Source: a virus. From it: 64,000 nucleotides of DNA. The position numbers and the translations under genes are program-made. The notes under the pieces were generated by a model. The model had not been told where the DNA came from. It saw only the letters and a program-made list of their open reading frames with translations, and did not search any database. The stretch is taken from positions 1 to 64,000 of the IMG/VR virus record IMGVR_UViG_3300043438_002264; one strand, 5' to 3'. Of this stretch, positions 16,479 through 26,615 are shown piece after piece. Position 1 is the first letter of the stretch. Each line of letters begins with the position of its first letter.

Positions 16479-16912
16479 AGCTGCTTTACCCAGGCGGTTT
16501 TGACCTACTTCATGCTGGTCACATAAACGCTCTTACTTTGGCTCGCAAAATGGCTGGCCCAGATGGCCACCTTATAGTGGCGGTTAACACTGATAAGTTT
16601 ATGTCAGAGTACAAGCGTGTCCCTGCAAGAACACAGCAAGAGCGTGTAGATGATGTTATTGCCACTGGATTAGCAGATGAGGTTATCCTTTGGCATGGAC
16701 CAGAAAAACAAGATGAGCAAATACTTTATCATAGTCCAGATGTTTACGTCGCTAGCTTTGACTGGGTTGACCGTGATCTAGCTCGGCAGCTTAGAATTCC
16801 TAGTCTTTCATGGATGGATGACCAAGGAATTAGCTTGCTATATATCCACAGAACGCCAGGCATTAGCACAACACTCTTAATTAACAAACAGTCAGAGCAG
16901 GATAAAGCATAA
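16475..16912 (+). CDS. TagD/RfaE-like cytidylyltransferase
   Basis: GGFDLLHAGH, VAVNTD, RTPGISTT. Confidence 0.88.
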   Translation: MKLLYPGGFDLLHAGHINALTLARKMAGPDGHLIVAVNTDKFMSEYKRVPARTQQERVDDVIATGLADEVILWHGPEKQDEQILYHSPDVYVASFDWVDRDLARQLRIPSLSWMDDQGISLLYIHRTPGISTTLLINKQSEQDKA

Positions 16913-17569
16913 ATGGATAGTGACATTTGGCTCCAGCCCACTATTGAAGCACATCAAAAATATTTTGGTGGAGATGCTCTTAGAATCATTGATGCAGGGT
17001 CTCGTGATGGCGATGATGCCCAGTTCATTTTATCAAAGTTAGGGGATCAGCCTAACTGTACTGTTATTTGTATAGAGGCAAGAAAAGCTGCAGCTAATAA
17101 AATTAAAAAGAAATATCCAAACTTTATAGTTTTCCCAATAGCTGTTTCTAACTTTATTGGAAAGTCTAAATTTGTTAAAATGAAAGATCCAGATTTTTTG
17201 GGATCATCTTCTCTTGAGTTAGCAAGATCAAAAGCGTATCAAACAGAAAGCACAATTATTAATGTCGACGTTACTAGGTTAGATGCTATAATTGAACCAG
17301 GAATAACTGATGTTTTAAAAATAGATGTTGAGGGACACTCTGTTCCAGCTATTATGGGAATGGGTGAATTAATGAAAGACGTATTAGTTGCTCACATTGA
17401 AACTGAAACTCCAGAAAGGGCTGCTTGGGGAGAGCCGTCAAACAACTTAGAGGTTATGACTATAATGCAAGACCTTGGATTTTCTTTGGTAGATGTTAGT
17501 TATCAATGGGGTTGGAGTATTCAGGATCAGGTTTGGGTAAATACAAAACACGAAAGGTATAGAAATTAA
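16913..17569 (+). CDS. FkbM-family methyltransferase
   Basis: IDAGSRDG, AVSN, TRLD, LKIDVEG. Confidence 0.85.
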   Translation: MDSDIWLQPTIEAHQKYFGGDALRIIDAGSRDGDDAQFILSKLGDQPNCTVICIEARKAAANKIKKKYPNFIVFPIAVSNFIGKSKFVKMKDPDFLGSSSLELARSKAYQTESTIINVDVTRLDAIIEPGITDVLKIDVEGHSVPAIMGMGELMKDVLVAHIETETPERAAWGEPSNNLEVMTIMQDLGFSLVDVSYQWGWSIQDQVWVNTKHERYRN

Positions 17570-17571
17570 AA

Positions 17572-18621
17572 ATGACAACAGTTGCATTATCACATGGCTA
17601 TCCACCGCTTTGGAATATGGGCGGAGAAGTATCTCTTCATAGATCAATGACGGCTGTTAAAGGCGAAAGGGTCGTCTTAACAAATACTCAAGCTGAATAT
17701 TACATTGATGGAATACGTGTTACCCAAATAAATACGCCAGATGTTCTTAATATAAAAGCAGACCCTAGCCCAATTGCAAGGCAACTTAAAGATCTTAATG
17801 CAAGAGTAGTTATTGCTCAAAATGAATTATCACTACCATCTGTTTTAGCTGCACAAGAAGCTGGTGCAGTATCAATCGTAAACGTTCATACCCCACCTAA
17901 ATATGGAAAAGGAATCCGAGCTGGAGTTGTTTATGCCGACTATGCTGTCTATAATACAGAAACTTCTGCAAGGCAGTGGGGAGAGCCTGGAGCAGTTGTT
18001 TTGCATCCACCAATTAGTGATTTGCCATCCAATACTAGTACTGGCGGAGATGCCTACACCTGCCTATCATCCCTAAGAAATAAGGGGGTTCAGGTAATGC
18101 TTTCTTTAGCAGAAATGTACCCAGATAAAAGATTTATTATTGTTAGGTCTCCTGCCGAGCCAACTCATGGCATACCAGATTTAGAAGAACAAGCTGCTAG
18201 GCTGCCAAACGTTGAGCTACATCCAAGAGTAGATCCAAAAGATGTATACAAATATTTAGAGCAAACAAGAGTCCTGCTAGTGCCGTCTATGTATGAAACC
18301 TATGGGATGTCAGCTATTGAGGCTGCAGGATATGGAATTCCAAGCATACACGTAGATACTCCCCACGTAAGAGAAGGTATTGGAGATGCTGCAGTATTGA
18401 TTAGCCCACTTAGCATAACCGAAGCTGCAAATGGAATTAATCTTATAGAAAATAATTATGAATCTTACAGTGAAAAAGCAAGGGCTAGAGCAGAATGGAT
18501 ACAAGATCGACAGGTTGCAGAGCTAGATAAATTCTCTGAGTTTATTAAAAATATTCGCAAACCACAAAACCGAGCTGCAAGACAAACAGCTGTTGCAAGA
18601 GCTTCTAGAATAAACCGCTAA
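17572..18621 (+). CDS. GT-B (GT4-like) glycosyltransferase
   Basis: HGYPP..NMGGE, NKG, LLVPS.YETYGMSAIEA...GIP. Confidence 0.88.
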   Translation: MTTVALSHGYPPLWNMGGEVSLHRSMTAVKGERVVLTNTQAEYYIDGIRVTQINTPDVLNIKADPSPIARQLKDLNARVVIAQNELSLPSVLAAQEAGAVSIVNVHTPPKYGKGIRAGVVYADYAVYNTETSARQWGEPGAVVLHPPISDLPSNTSTGGDAYTCLSSLRNKGVQVMLSLAEMYPDKRFIIVRSPAEPTHGIPDLEEQAARLPNVELHPRVDPKDVYKYLEQTRVLLVPSMYETYGMSAIEAAGYGIPSIHVDTPHVREGIGDAAVLISPLSITEAANGINLIENNYESYSEKARARAEWIQDRQVAELDKFSEFIKNIRKPQNRAARQTAVARASRINR

Positions 18622-19313
18622 GCTTCATAAACTACTTTATCTGGAAAACTAACCTTTAAGACTTTATCTCTTATCATTTCAAAAGAGTCGCTATTGCTAG
18701 ATAAGTAATCATATTTTAAATTATTTATGTTGTAAGATTTTTTAGCAAGTGCTCCAGAAGAGTATACTTTTACATCTTCCATCTCTATGCCACCAACGTC
18801 AAAAGTATTTCCATATCTAGATCTCCACAAATCTGGAAGCTCTATTGTGGTCAAGAGCTTTTGTTTTTCCATAACCATTGGGACGTGTAGCTCATAATCT
18901 AAAACATCTTTTTTAAATCTGCGAGACAAGCTTAATAAAGTTCTTTTTAGCATTAACACATATCTGGTGTTTCCAGTTAAGTCTTCGTATTTTTTTATTT
19001 TGTTAGATAACAGGCCACCGTGCATGTATGGTACATCGCTAACTCTATTTATAATATAAAAATCATCATTCATTAAAATAAATGATTCTGATATTTCTTG
19101 GGAGTTACAAATAGCTCTGAGGTTATTCCGAGCATTTGTATATTTAGATTTATTTTGAATAACCTCTAAATGATTTCCTACATACCAGCCTGGTTTTCCA
19201 CCAACTACCCAAAGATTATCAAATTTTAAATTTTTAACGGCAGACCTAATGGAATATCTAAGCTCTTCATTGTCTCCAGATCTACATATATAAACTAGGT
19301 CCACAGAAATCAC
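18618..19313 (-). CDS. Stealth-like / GT-A sugar-phosphate transferase
   Basis: DLVY, ELRYSIRS, FILMNDDFY, H.P motifs. Confidence 0.65.
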   Translation of the reverse strand: MISVDLVYICRSGDNEELRYSIRSAVKNLKFDNLWVVGGKPGWYVGNHLEVIQNKSKYTNARNNLRAICNSQEISESFILMNDDFYIINRVSDVPYMHGGLLSNKIKKYEDLTGNTRYVLMLKRTLLSLSRRFKKDVLDYELHVPMVMEKQKLLTTIELPDLWRSRYGNTFDVGGIEMEDVKVYSSGALAKKSYNINNLKYDYLSSNSDSFEMIRDKVLKVSFPDKVVYEA

Positions 19314-19900
19314 TCATCAAAAAAGGATACAGATATTGCTGCACGAACATTCATAGACTCAACACTATGGTCAATTCCCTTAGGAATATACAAAAGATCT
19401 CCAGGATTAACTAAGTAAGACTCAGTTCTATCTTTATAAAAAGCCCTCCACGTTGTTTGTCCCTCACACTGAATGTAGAATCCATCAACTGGATCAGAGT
19501 GAATTGTTGGCTGAAATAGGCTATAGTCAAATCCTGGGGGTAGCTTGTTGGGGTTTGCCTCTATAAAATCCCTGTAGAAGGCTTGTGCAGCGTCTGGGAC
19601 GTCATTGTTATGAGAGTTCATAAAGTGTATAATTGACAAAACTGCTATCTTGTTGCCAGGATGCAGATTTTCTAGTGTTGAGACAATTGAGTCAAACTTG
19701 TCGGTATAGCCTTCTGAATTATCTATAGTCAGTGTGCTTGGGGCTGAAAGATCTGCTGCTTGTCGGCCTAAGGCTATTTTAAAAATATTATAAAATGTTT
19801 CCCAGTTAGGGGTGTCTTGAAAAACATTGCTTAAAAAAACAATCTTTCCTTCTTCTTTAGATTGCTTTACTATCTCTTTAAGGCTTTCTAGGTCGATCAT
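19310..19900 (-). CDS. JmjC/cupin-like oxygenase
   Basis: HSD...IQCEG.T.W...PGDLLYIPKG..H.V; start placed at ATG 19900. Confidence 0.75.
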   Translation of the reverse strand: MIDLESLKEIVKQSKEEGKIVFLSNVFQDTPNWETFYNIFKIALGRQAADLSAPSTLTIDNSEGYTDKFDSIVSTLENLHPGNKIAVLSIIHFMNSHNNDVPDAAQAFYRDFIEANPNKLPPGFDYSLFQPTIHSDPVDGFYIQCEGQTTWRAFYKDRTESYLVNPGDLLYIPKGIDHSVESMNVRAAISVSFFDE

Positions 19901-20343
19901 TGGGCAGCTTTCTCTGGATAGTCCGTGCAAATTCCAAACATGTTGTTATTTAGCTTTGGATGTTCTGTTAAATCTACTATAACAGAATATTCTGTTGTTT
20001 CTTTTCCTGGGTATGTCCAAATATAGCCAAGACTGGTCAGGGTGAAGTCATCATTTTGGTGCCAGAAAAAATTACTGTCAGGCAACATCCGCTTTAAAAG
20101 ATCCATAGCCTCTAAGTTTTTGCAATGTATCCAAAGATATTCATGGTTGTCTCTTAAAAAGCCAATGGGGATTTCATGCTCTGGATAGTCATGCCCTAAG
20201 AAAAGCCTATTGTCTTCTGCCCAAAAGTCTATCTCTACGTCAAATCCTTTTTGAATAGCTAGTAAAATTTGAGAAGGAGTATTTTCACTTTCCTTGTCTG
20301 GACCATAAAGATTTCCACGATGAGATATAACTTTTATATTCAT
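19897..20343 (-). CDS. glycerophosphodiester phosphodiesterase-like protein
   Basis: ISHRGN, ENTP, VEID, LGHD, HCKN, GICTD. Confidence 0.8.
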   Translation of the reverse strand: MNIKVISHRGNLYGPDKESENTPSQILLAIQKGFDVEIDFWAEDNRLFLGHDYPEHEIPIGFLRDNHEYLWIHCKNLEAMDLLKRMLPDSNFFWHQNDDFTLTSLGYIWTYPGKETTEYSVIVDLTEHPKLNNNMFGICTDYPEKAAQ

Positions 20344-20666
20344 CGCTTTACATCAATCTTGTCATTAGTTATGTTGGGTGCCTTTATACAGATTATCTCA
20401 CAGTCCTCAAGAAATTCTGGATCAGCGATGTCATATGGTTCAAGAATAAAGATATCTCCAGGACCAAACTCTTGCCCCTGTATCTTCATTCTCCCAGAAA
20501 CAACAAGATTAATTTCATCTAGGTGTTGGTGGTAATGCCAACCATACTTTTCTCCCTTTGTATGAATTTTATAGGAAGCTTCAAAAGAGCTTGTTCTGTA
20601 GGCAGCCTTTTCAAAATTACCGATGTACCATCCGCCAATAGAGTCTTGAACTTTTTTAGTTATCAT
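20340..20666 (-). CDS. cupin domain protein
   Basis: GGWYIGNF, HYH...EIN, PGDIF. Confidence 0.8.
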   Translation of the reverse strand: MITKKVQDSIGGWYIGNFEKAAYRTSSFEASYKIHTKGEKYGWHYHQHLDEINLVVSGRMKIQGQEFGPGDIFILEPYDIADPEFLEDCEIICIKAPNITNDKIDVKR

Positions 20667-21388
20667 TTTTTAGTCTTCTTTCTGTAATTCTCTAGGTCTG
20701 CTGGGGTGCCCAGGCAGATATATTGATCATTTTTAATCTTATATATAGAAATTTTTTTATTATTTTTAATTAAGTAGTTATAGGTTAAAGACACGTAAGA
20801 CTCTTTTCCACTATGCTTACATTCAGATACTAACTTTTCTGCAGATTCTACAAAATCTTTTCCATGTTTCCAGTAATGTAGACCCACCAATGCATTCTTG
20901 CTAATAGGATTTTTTTCAGCAAGATGAGTAACAAAATTGTTTTTAATAACAGCATAGCTATGTTTATGGCTAGAGGAATTGTGGACCAGTATGCTACCGT
21001 CTATTCCGTCTGCCCTCGATTTTTCTAAGAAGCTTTTAGGATCCCAGGCAAGGTGCTGATCACAATTGGTTAGTATAAGCTCTTCGTCATTATTTATGTA
21101 GTCTTTTGCCAGTAGTGCTGAATAGGAGGTTCCATATTGAGGCCTGTCTGTGCAAATCTCTATATGATTTGGAGCTAGTTTAGAAAGTATTTCACTAAGT
21201 TTTTTATTAGATAGTGGGTCAGAGTACTTTTTTGTTATAAAAATAAACCTTCCATCAATTCCCAGGGTACTGATTGCATGCTCGATTAAAGTTTTTCCAT
21301 CAATCTCAATTAAAGGCTTTGGAGTATTTATCCCAACATCTTTAAATCTAGAGCCCTCTCCTGCCATAGGAATTACAATATTTATCAT
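20663..21388 (-). CDS. sugar-phosphate nucleotidyltransferase
   Basis: IPMAGEGSRF...PKPLI, NCDQ, EK.PIS, LGTP. Confidence 0.88.
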   Translation of the reverse strand: MINIVIPMAGEGSRFKDVGINTPKPLIEIDGKTLIEHAISTLGIDGRFIFITKKYSDPLSNKKLSEILSKLAPNHIEICTDRPQYGTSYSALLAKDYINNDEELILTNCDQHLAWDPKSFLEKSRADGIDGSILVHNSSSHKHSYAVIKNNFVTHLAEKNPISKNALVGLHYWKHGKDFVESAEKLVSECKHSGKESYVSLTYNYLIKNNKKISIYKIKNDQYICLGTPADLENYRKKTKK

Positions 21389-21395
21389 TAGTTAA

Positions 21396-22508
21396 TTATA
21401 CCAGAAACTCTGGATAGTCTTTTTTTACTGAATAAAATATTTCTTTTGGTCTATAAATCTTGTTACTTTTTGGCATTCTTTTAGGGGATTCAACACAATA
21501 AATTCCAAAGGACCTAGATATTTCTAGGTGAGGAAAGTGGTAAGAATCTGTATTGTTTAAGATTAAAACTTTTACGTTTGGATTTGCAAAACATAAATTT
21601 GCCAGCCCTGCACCAGGAAGGGCGACTATATGACTTGCGGAATTGTACAGTTCCGCTTGCTCATAAGTCGTGCCTAAAGACACTCCTGGATCAATTATTT
21701 CATATCCAGCGTCTTCAAACATTTTTTCAAGTTTTGTTTCATCTGATACGCTCATCGTTCTGTCTGCATGCTCGGCATATTTTTTAGGATGGATATGTCC
21801 AAACAAGATTTTTTCTTGTTCGCTTAACGGATAACCATTAAAAACTTTATGAACAATTTCTGATAAGGCTCTAAGTCTTTTATCGTCTAAAGCCCTGCTT
21901 ATAAAAAGTTTTCGATTTCCTTTTATATTTTGATTTGTTAAAAATCTTTTTTTCAATAAGCTTGCATACCCAATAGACCATTCAGCATGGTCTGCATTTG
22001 CTTCAAAAGGATAATGAGAGTTAATTATTGGGCCAGCTATGTAATTAAAGTCATTATAAATAAACAAAAGATTTTCTATTAAAATTTCCCCGTGAGATGT
22101 TAAATCTATTATATCTTCATCATTAATTTCATAAGCCTCAAGCACTCCCCTGTCCTTAAGCACTAAAAGGAAAAAATCAAAATCTTCCTTGTTGCATAAT
22201 TGAAAAATTTTAATTTTTGCTTTTGGCAAATATTTTTTTATTATTTCTGTCTGACCTAAAATATCACGGATAAAATGATAGTATCCCCACAAGCCATCTT
22301 TAATTGTAAGGGCAATCGTTGGACCAGAAATCTTTATTTTGTCATCATGTAATGAATTTGTCAAAGTTATGTTTTTTATACTAAAAAGACTTATTCCTGG
22401 GGCTAGGATCTTTTTTGTTCCATCTTCCAAAGTGCCAGTTAGGGTGTTGTTTCCCATTTCAACATAAAAGGGATTTGTATAAGGGCTTTCTTCATAGTTT
22501 TTTTTCAT
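21396..22508 (-). CDS. GT61/DUF563-like glycosyltransferase
   Basis: YYHF..D, KLFISR, EQAELY..ASHIV...GAGLAN. Confidence 0.75.
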   Translation of the reverse strand: MKKNYEESPYTNPFYVEMGNNTLTGTLEDGTKKILAPGISLFSIKNITLTNSLHDDKIKISGPTIALTIKDGLWGYYHFIRDILGQTEIIKKYLPKAKIKIFQLCNKEDFDFFLLVLKDRGVLEAYEINDEDIIDLTSHGEILIENLLFIYNDFNYIAGPIINSHYPFEANADHAEWSIGYASLLKKRFLTNQNIKGNRKLFISRALDDKRLRALSEIVHKVFNGYPLSEQEKILFGHIHPKKYAEHADRTMSVSDETKLEKMFEDAGYEIIDPGVSLGTTYEQAELYNSASHIVALPGAGLANLCFANPNVKVLILNNTDSYHFPHLEISRSFGIYCVESPKRMPKSNKIYRPKEIFYSVKKDYPEFLV

Positions 22509-22525
22509 TTTTTATCAATCCTGAT

Positions 22526-22571
22526 TAAACAAGGCAGGCTAAGACGTAATAATCCTAGCCTGCCCGTTTAA
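22526..22571 (-). terminator. stem-loop after holin-like gene
   Basis: GGCAGGCTA / TAGCCTGCC inverted repeat. Confidence 0.55.
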
Positions 22572-22577
22572 GTCAAA

Positions 22578-22868
22578 CTACTTCTTTTTGTTTGGAGGCC
22601 TTTTGGTTGCCACTGCTTTCTTTGCAGCTGGTGCCTTAATAGGCTTAGCGGCCTTTGCTGCCTTCTCTACGGCTTCTGCAGAGGGCATTACGCCGAAAGC
22701 TGCATCGTTTGGATTAACGGCTCTTAGGGCTACTGGAATCAATGCAGCCAGCAAAGAGTAGGCCAGATCTGCTGGATCAGTTACCCCAGCAAGATAAAGT
22801 GCTGTTGCTGCACCAAGAACGCTTCTTCCATAGGAAGCTAGCATGTTTTGTAGTTGTTTCTTATTCAT
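22578..22868 (-). CDS. holin-like membrane protein with Lys/Ala-rich tail
   Basis: SYGRS, two TM segments, LRAVNPND.AFG; RBS AAGGAG. Confidence 0.6.
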   Translation of the reverse strand: MNKKQLQNMLASYGRSVLGAATALYLAGVTDPADLAYSLLAALIPVALRAVNPNDAAFGVMPSAEAVEKAAKAAKPIKAPAAKKAVATKRPPNKKK

Positions 22869-22962
22869 TTTTCTCCTTAGTATAAATAATCATTTATTTT
22901 TTTTATTTCTTTATATTTCTTATAATTTCTAAGAATATAAAAGAAAGCTTTAATTTTTTTTA

Positions 22963-23868
22963 TCATTTTAGATCCTCATTCTTAAAATCAAAAAACATTT
23001 TTGCGATATCTTGATGCCAAGCAGCTCCAGGATGATCCCCGTCTGCACCTATTTCCCAATGCGGAATGCCATCTTTATTTTCTGGTATTAAGTGTAAGAA
23101 AGTTTTGTTGTTAGCATACAATTCAGATTCTGGTGCAACGTACTGCTTGTAAAATTTAAAACCAGATGCGGAGTAAACGTCATCGTTTGCAATAGTCCCA
23201 TAACTTGTCCAGATAAGGTCTATGTTTTTAGCTTCACAAAAATTTTCAAAAATTCCCATTAGTGTAGTTGCAAAAAGCAAAGAGTCTTCTTCGCAATATG
23301 AATCATAAAACCTTTTTATTGAAGCATTCTTTTTATGAACTAGTTCTTTATACTGATGCTTGTTCATAACTACACTTTTAAAGTTATCATAGGCTTCATC
23401 ATAAATTAGCTTTCTAGAGTATGGAGGTAGTAAAAGATAGATTTGATCTGGTGCCCCATATTTTCTTATAAAAGCCATTAAATTTTTAATTATTAAATAT
23501 ATAGAAGCCCCCATTATTCCAAGGTTATACATTTTTACTGGCTTGGAAGAAGTAAGACCAATACTTTTAGAAAAAAGCTCTACCCAAGAATTTTCCTGAA
23601 AGACTCCCTGACCATATGTATAAGAGCATCCAGAAATTAAGACGTTTAGGTTACTCTCTTTTAATGTCTCAAAGTTTTCCGACCTAAACCCGTCTTTGTT
23701 GAGTTTATAGGTTACCTGTGGACCTTTATTTACCTCAACAGGGCAAACATAAGTCTCATACCCATTCTCATCTGAATACAATAACTCATTGTCTATTTTA
23801 AATTCTGTACTGCGATTAGAAATCTCTAAGTTTTCTAAATGAAACAGGTTAGCTTTCTTTTTGTCCAT
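22963..23868 (-). CDS. SGNH/GDSL hydrolase-like protein
   Basis: GCSYTYG, NLGIMGAS, DGDHPG. Confidence 0.7.
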   Translation of the reverse strand: MDKKKANLFHLENLEISNRSTEFKIDNELLYSDENGYETYVCPVEVNKGPQVTYKLNKDGFRSENFETLKESNLNVLISGCSYTYGQGVFQENSWVELFSKSIGLTSSKPVKMYNLGIMGASIYLIIKNLMAFIRKYGAPDQIYLLLPPYSRKLIYDEAYDNFKSVVMNKHQYKELVHKKNASIKRFYDSYCEEDSLLFATTLMGIFENFCEAKNIDLIWTSYGTIANDDVYSASGFKFYKQYVAPESELYANNKTFLHLIPENKDGIPHWEIGADGDHPGAAWHQDIAKMFFDFKNEDLK

Positions 23869-23871
23869 AAT

Positions 23872-24306
23872 CTATTTTAGCATATCCTCAGAAGAATCTT
23901 CTGGCATTACCTTTACAAGATCATCGTAGGCATCAGATATCTTATCAATAATAATAGTGTGTGGAGATTGGCCAGCAACGGTGCCATAAGTTTTTGCATA
24001 AAGTATTTGTGGCTCTATCTTGTTTTTAAATTCAAGAAGGGCTGCCTGAACCTGCTCTATGTAGTCAAAAGCCCAATCTCTTGATTGAGATATAAACTTT
24101 AAGAATCCATCACTTTTTTCTATTGAATCAGAATCTTTTTTGTCTAATTCTTCTTTTAGCTTTTTAGAAATTATCGATTTGTCCAATGCTATTTGAATAA
24201 TGTCAGCAGAAAGCCTTCTGTTCTTAGATCGAATAGCTAAATTATTAATCAACAAAACAACAATTATTAATAGCAACACCCCATAGGCAACAGCCTCTAG
24301 TATCAT
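23872..24306 (-). CDS. membrane-anchored hypothetical protein
   Basis: N-terminal TM; FLKFISQSRDWAFDYIE. Confidence 0.75.
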   Translation of the reverse strand: MILEAVAYGVLLLIIVVLLINNLAIRSKNRRLSADIIQIALDKSIISKKLKEELDKKDSDSIEKSDGFLKFISQSRDWAFDYIEQVQAALLEFKNKIEPQILYAKTYGTVAGQSPHTIIIDKISDAYDDLVKVMPEDSSEDMLK

Positions 24307-24575
24307 TCTGAACCACCTTCTCTAACCAACAAAACTATTGCTCCATTATCTTCTAGGGCTTTTTTTACTCGTATCATATATTCTACTGCTTGACGCTTTC
24401 CATCATGTGCTAAAGACATAAAGGCTTTTTCACTTGCCTTTACAGTAATAAAATTATTATGATCAATTATCTGTACCGCAAAACCTTTTGGAGCAAAGTG
24501 TGCCAAAGATCTGAAGGCATTTTTCATAGAGTCTGTATACATTATTTCTTTATCCTTGCTGACATGTTTCCCCAT
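24303..24575 (-). CDS. hypothetical protein
   Basis: ORF track; true start may be ATG 24542. Confidence 0.7.
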   Translation of the reverse strand: MGKHVSKDKEIMYTDSMKNAFRSLAHFAPKGFAVQIIDHNNFITVKASEKAFMSLAHDGKRQAVEYMIRVKKALEDNGAIVLLVREGGSE

Positions 24576-25078
24576 CTGCTTATTCTAATCATAGCAGTTT
24601 CTTCTAAGTGGGTATCAATTATTGAATGTTCCCATTTTGATGCAGGGACTAGCTTAGCTAATTCTATAGCCTCTTCTTCGGTTTCTGCAAATACAGAAAT
24701 CTTGTACAGATCTCTGACTAAGCATTCAACTTCAAAACTTTTTGAGCCATTCCCAATTTTTGCCTTCTCTTTTGAGTAATAAAAATTTATTGTTTTTAGA
24801 TGCTCTAGCTTATCAACTTTGTTTAGACTAATTAAACAATCTCCAACAGCAACATCAAACTGCTCTTCACCAAATACAAATCTTTGATTTCGATCAAATG
24901 GGTAAACATATAGGATTTCTAAACCTAAAGAGTTTTCTTTAAAAACATCAATATGACTAAAGCTGCTTTCCACCACGCCAAAGACTGCGTGAGAGTATGC
25001 TTGAAAATTAAAGTCTATTGCTTGCTGAAAAGGCAAATTCCTTAACAAAAAAACATTTTTATCTTTATCTATCCACAT
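24542..25078 (-). CDS. hypothetical protein
   Basis: ORF track; C-terminal AETEEEAIELA motif. Confidence 0.65.
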   Translation of the reverse strand: MWIDKDKNVFLLRNLPFQQAIDFNFQAYSHAVFGVVESSFSHIDVFKENSLGLEILYVYPFDRNQRFVFGEEQFDVAVGDCLISLNKVDKLEHLKTINFYYSKEKAKIGNGSKSFEVECLVRDLYKISVFAETEEEAIELAKLVPASKWEHSIIDTHLEETAMIRISRWGNMSARIKK

Positions 25079-25079
25079 G

Positions 25080-25364
25080 TTATTGATCCATCGTTAAGTT
25101 TTTCCAAGTTTCTCCCCATTGTTCTTTGGTTCGATGCCTCGAAAATTCTCTAGAAATTTTTCCGTTTTCTAAAAATATTCCTCCCCAGACTCCCCATTCT
25201 TTCTGAGAAACTCCAACAGCAAAGCAGTCTTTTGAAACTGGGCAAGCTGAGCAAAGCTTGTCAATCGCTGGCCTTAAAGATAAGTTTTCTTCATATTTAT
25301 CAAAAAATAAATTTGTGTCATAGCCGTTGCAAGAGCCAGAGTCTTTCCACTGGTGCTTAGGCAT
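25080..25364 (-). CDS. whiB: WhiB-family Fe-S transcription factor
   Basis: W...SC...D.NLFF...C..CPV...C...GVWGG; start at ATG 25364. Confidence 0.92.
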   Translation of the reverse strand: MPKHQWKDSGSCNGYDTNLFFDKYEENLSLRPAIDKLCSACPVSKDCFAVGVSQKEWGVWGGIFLENGKISREFSRHRTKEQWGETWKNLTMDQ

Positions 25365-25572
25365 TGCCACCAGACTTACCAGGAATTTCCCAGCCTTGGG
25401 AAGTAGGCTCAAACCTTTGCTCTATATACCAAACACCTTTTATGCGAACCCCCTGCTTTGAAGTTTTTGCTTTATCTGAAGGGTATCGTTTTACAACGGT
25501 CCAGCCATCCCAAGAAAGTTCTTTATTGGAAGAAACAAACTTTTCCATTTCTTCAATTGTTTTTATGATCAT
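25357..25572 (-). CDS. hypothetical protein
   Basis: ORF track; LSWDGWTVV. Confidence 0.75.
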   Translation of the reverse strand: MIIKTIEEMEKFVSSNKELSWDGWTVVKRYPSDKAKTSKQGVRIKGVWYIEQRFEPTSQGWEIPGKSGGNA

Positions 25573-25596
25573 TTTAGATTGCTCTCTATTTTTACT

Positions 25597-25947
25597 TTAA
25601 AACCTATAAACGCCTACATGAGCATCTTTGCTTTCTGCATACGATACTAATGACGATACTGGTTCTTTTGGTTTACTGAAAAAAGCAAAATATCCTAGAC
25701 TATGAACATTTTGTTTAATCCAGCTTGGAGGGATTTTAATCATTTTAATGCGAATTCCTCTTGCCTTTAAGCTTCTTTCTGAAACGTTTGAAAATTCCAA
25801 GGCCATAGAGTTTATCTGTGCTGGCCCCGCAGAATAAATATAAAATTCTTTATCATCATCTTTCATTTCAGAAAGGGCAGTCCCCATAGCTCTTAAAAAA
25901 ACGGGGTAGTCGTTAAAAGTTTTAGTGCCCTGAATAGCCACTATCAT
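25597..25947 (-). CDS. hypothetical protein (possible SLOG/DUF2493-like)
   Basis: MIVAIQGTKTFNDY resembles the GSR.F.DY motif. Confidence 0.55.
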   Translation of the reverse strand: MIVAIQGTKTFNDYPVFLRAMGTALSEMKDDDKEFYIYSAGPAQINSMALEFSNVSERSLKARGIRIKMIKIPPSWIKQNVHSLGYFAFFSKPKEPVSSLVSYAESKDAHVGVYRF

Positions 25948-26341
25948 CTTTACGCCCTTCCGTTAAAGCTTCAACTATATGAATTACCTTTTCTAATTGT
26001 ACCCTATCCATACCTATTGTGTCAACTACCCTGGCCGTATCTTCTGCGACCACGCCCTCTTCCATGTCTGCAACAAAAAGAGCATTATTTTTAATCCAGT
26101 AGGCTTCGTTCTCTAAAAAAACTACACGAGTATACATGCTTTTTTCATAGTTTTTAGATTGTGTGTTGGGTTGTTTTTCTAAAAATAATCTATCTGGAAT
26201 GAAGTCTTTTGTTATTTCATAAATATGGCTTTGGCTATACCTTATAAACATTTTAGAATTTTTAGATAAATCTTTAATTATGGCATTACGTAGTACTAGA
26301 ATAGCTAAAATAGCTGCAAAAGATCCTAATAAAAACTCCAT
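25922..26341 (-). CDS. membrane-anchored hypothetical protein
   Basis: N-terminal TM; RBS AGGAG. Confidence 0.75.
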   Translation of the reverse strand: MEFLLGSFAAILAILVLRNAIIKDLSKNSKMFIRYSQSHIYEITKDFIPDRLFLEKQPNTQSKNYEKSMYTRVVFLENEAYWIKNNALFVADMEEGVVAEDTARVVDTIGMDRVQLEKVIHIVEALTEGRKDDSGYSGH

Positions 26342-26381
26342 AATTACTCCTAATTAATATCTTATTATATCTTATAAAATA

Positions 26382-26615
26382 TTAAACAGCCTCTTTTACT
26401 CTATTTTCAATAAGCTTTTCTCGCTCATCAACGATTTGATATGCAAATTTCATCATTTTGTCATATCCAACTGCATTGTCCATAATCTTATTATAGTGAT
26501 GAGCACAAAACATTAAGCTTCCTATAACCCCTATTGCATGAACATATGCTTGGGCATTACAGTCTTGAGAATCGCACCTAGCGTTTGCGTCTAAAGTATA
26601 TTCTGTTTCTTTCAT
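26382..26615 (-). CDS. small Cys/His protein (RCD..C.AQAY...FCAHH)
   Basis: Motif seen in actinobacterial small proteins. Confidence 0.7.
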   Translation of the reverse strand: MKETEYTLDANARCDSQDCNAQAYVHAIGVIGSLMFCAHHYNKIMDNAVGYDKMMKFAYQIVDEREKLIENRVKEAV

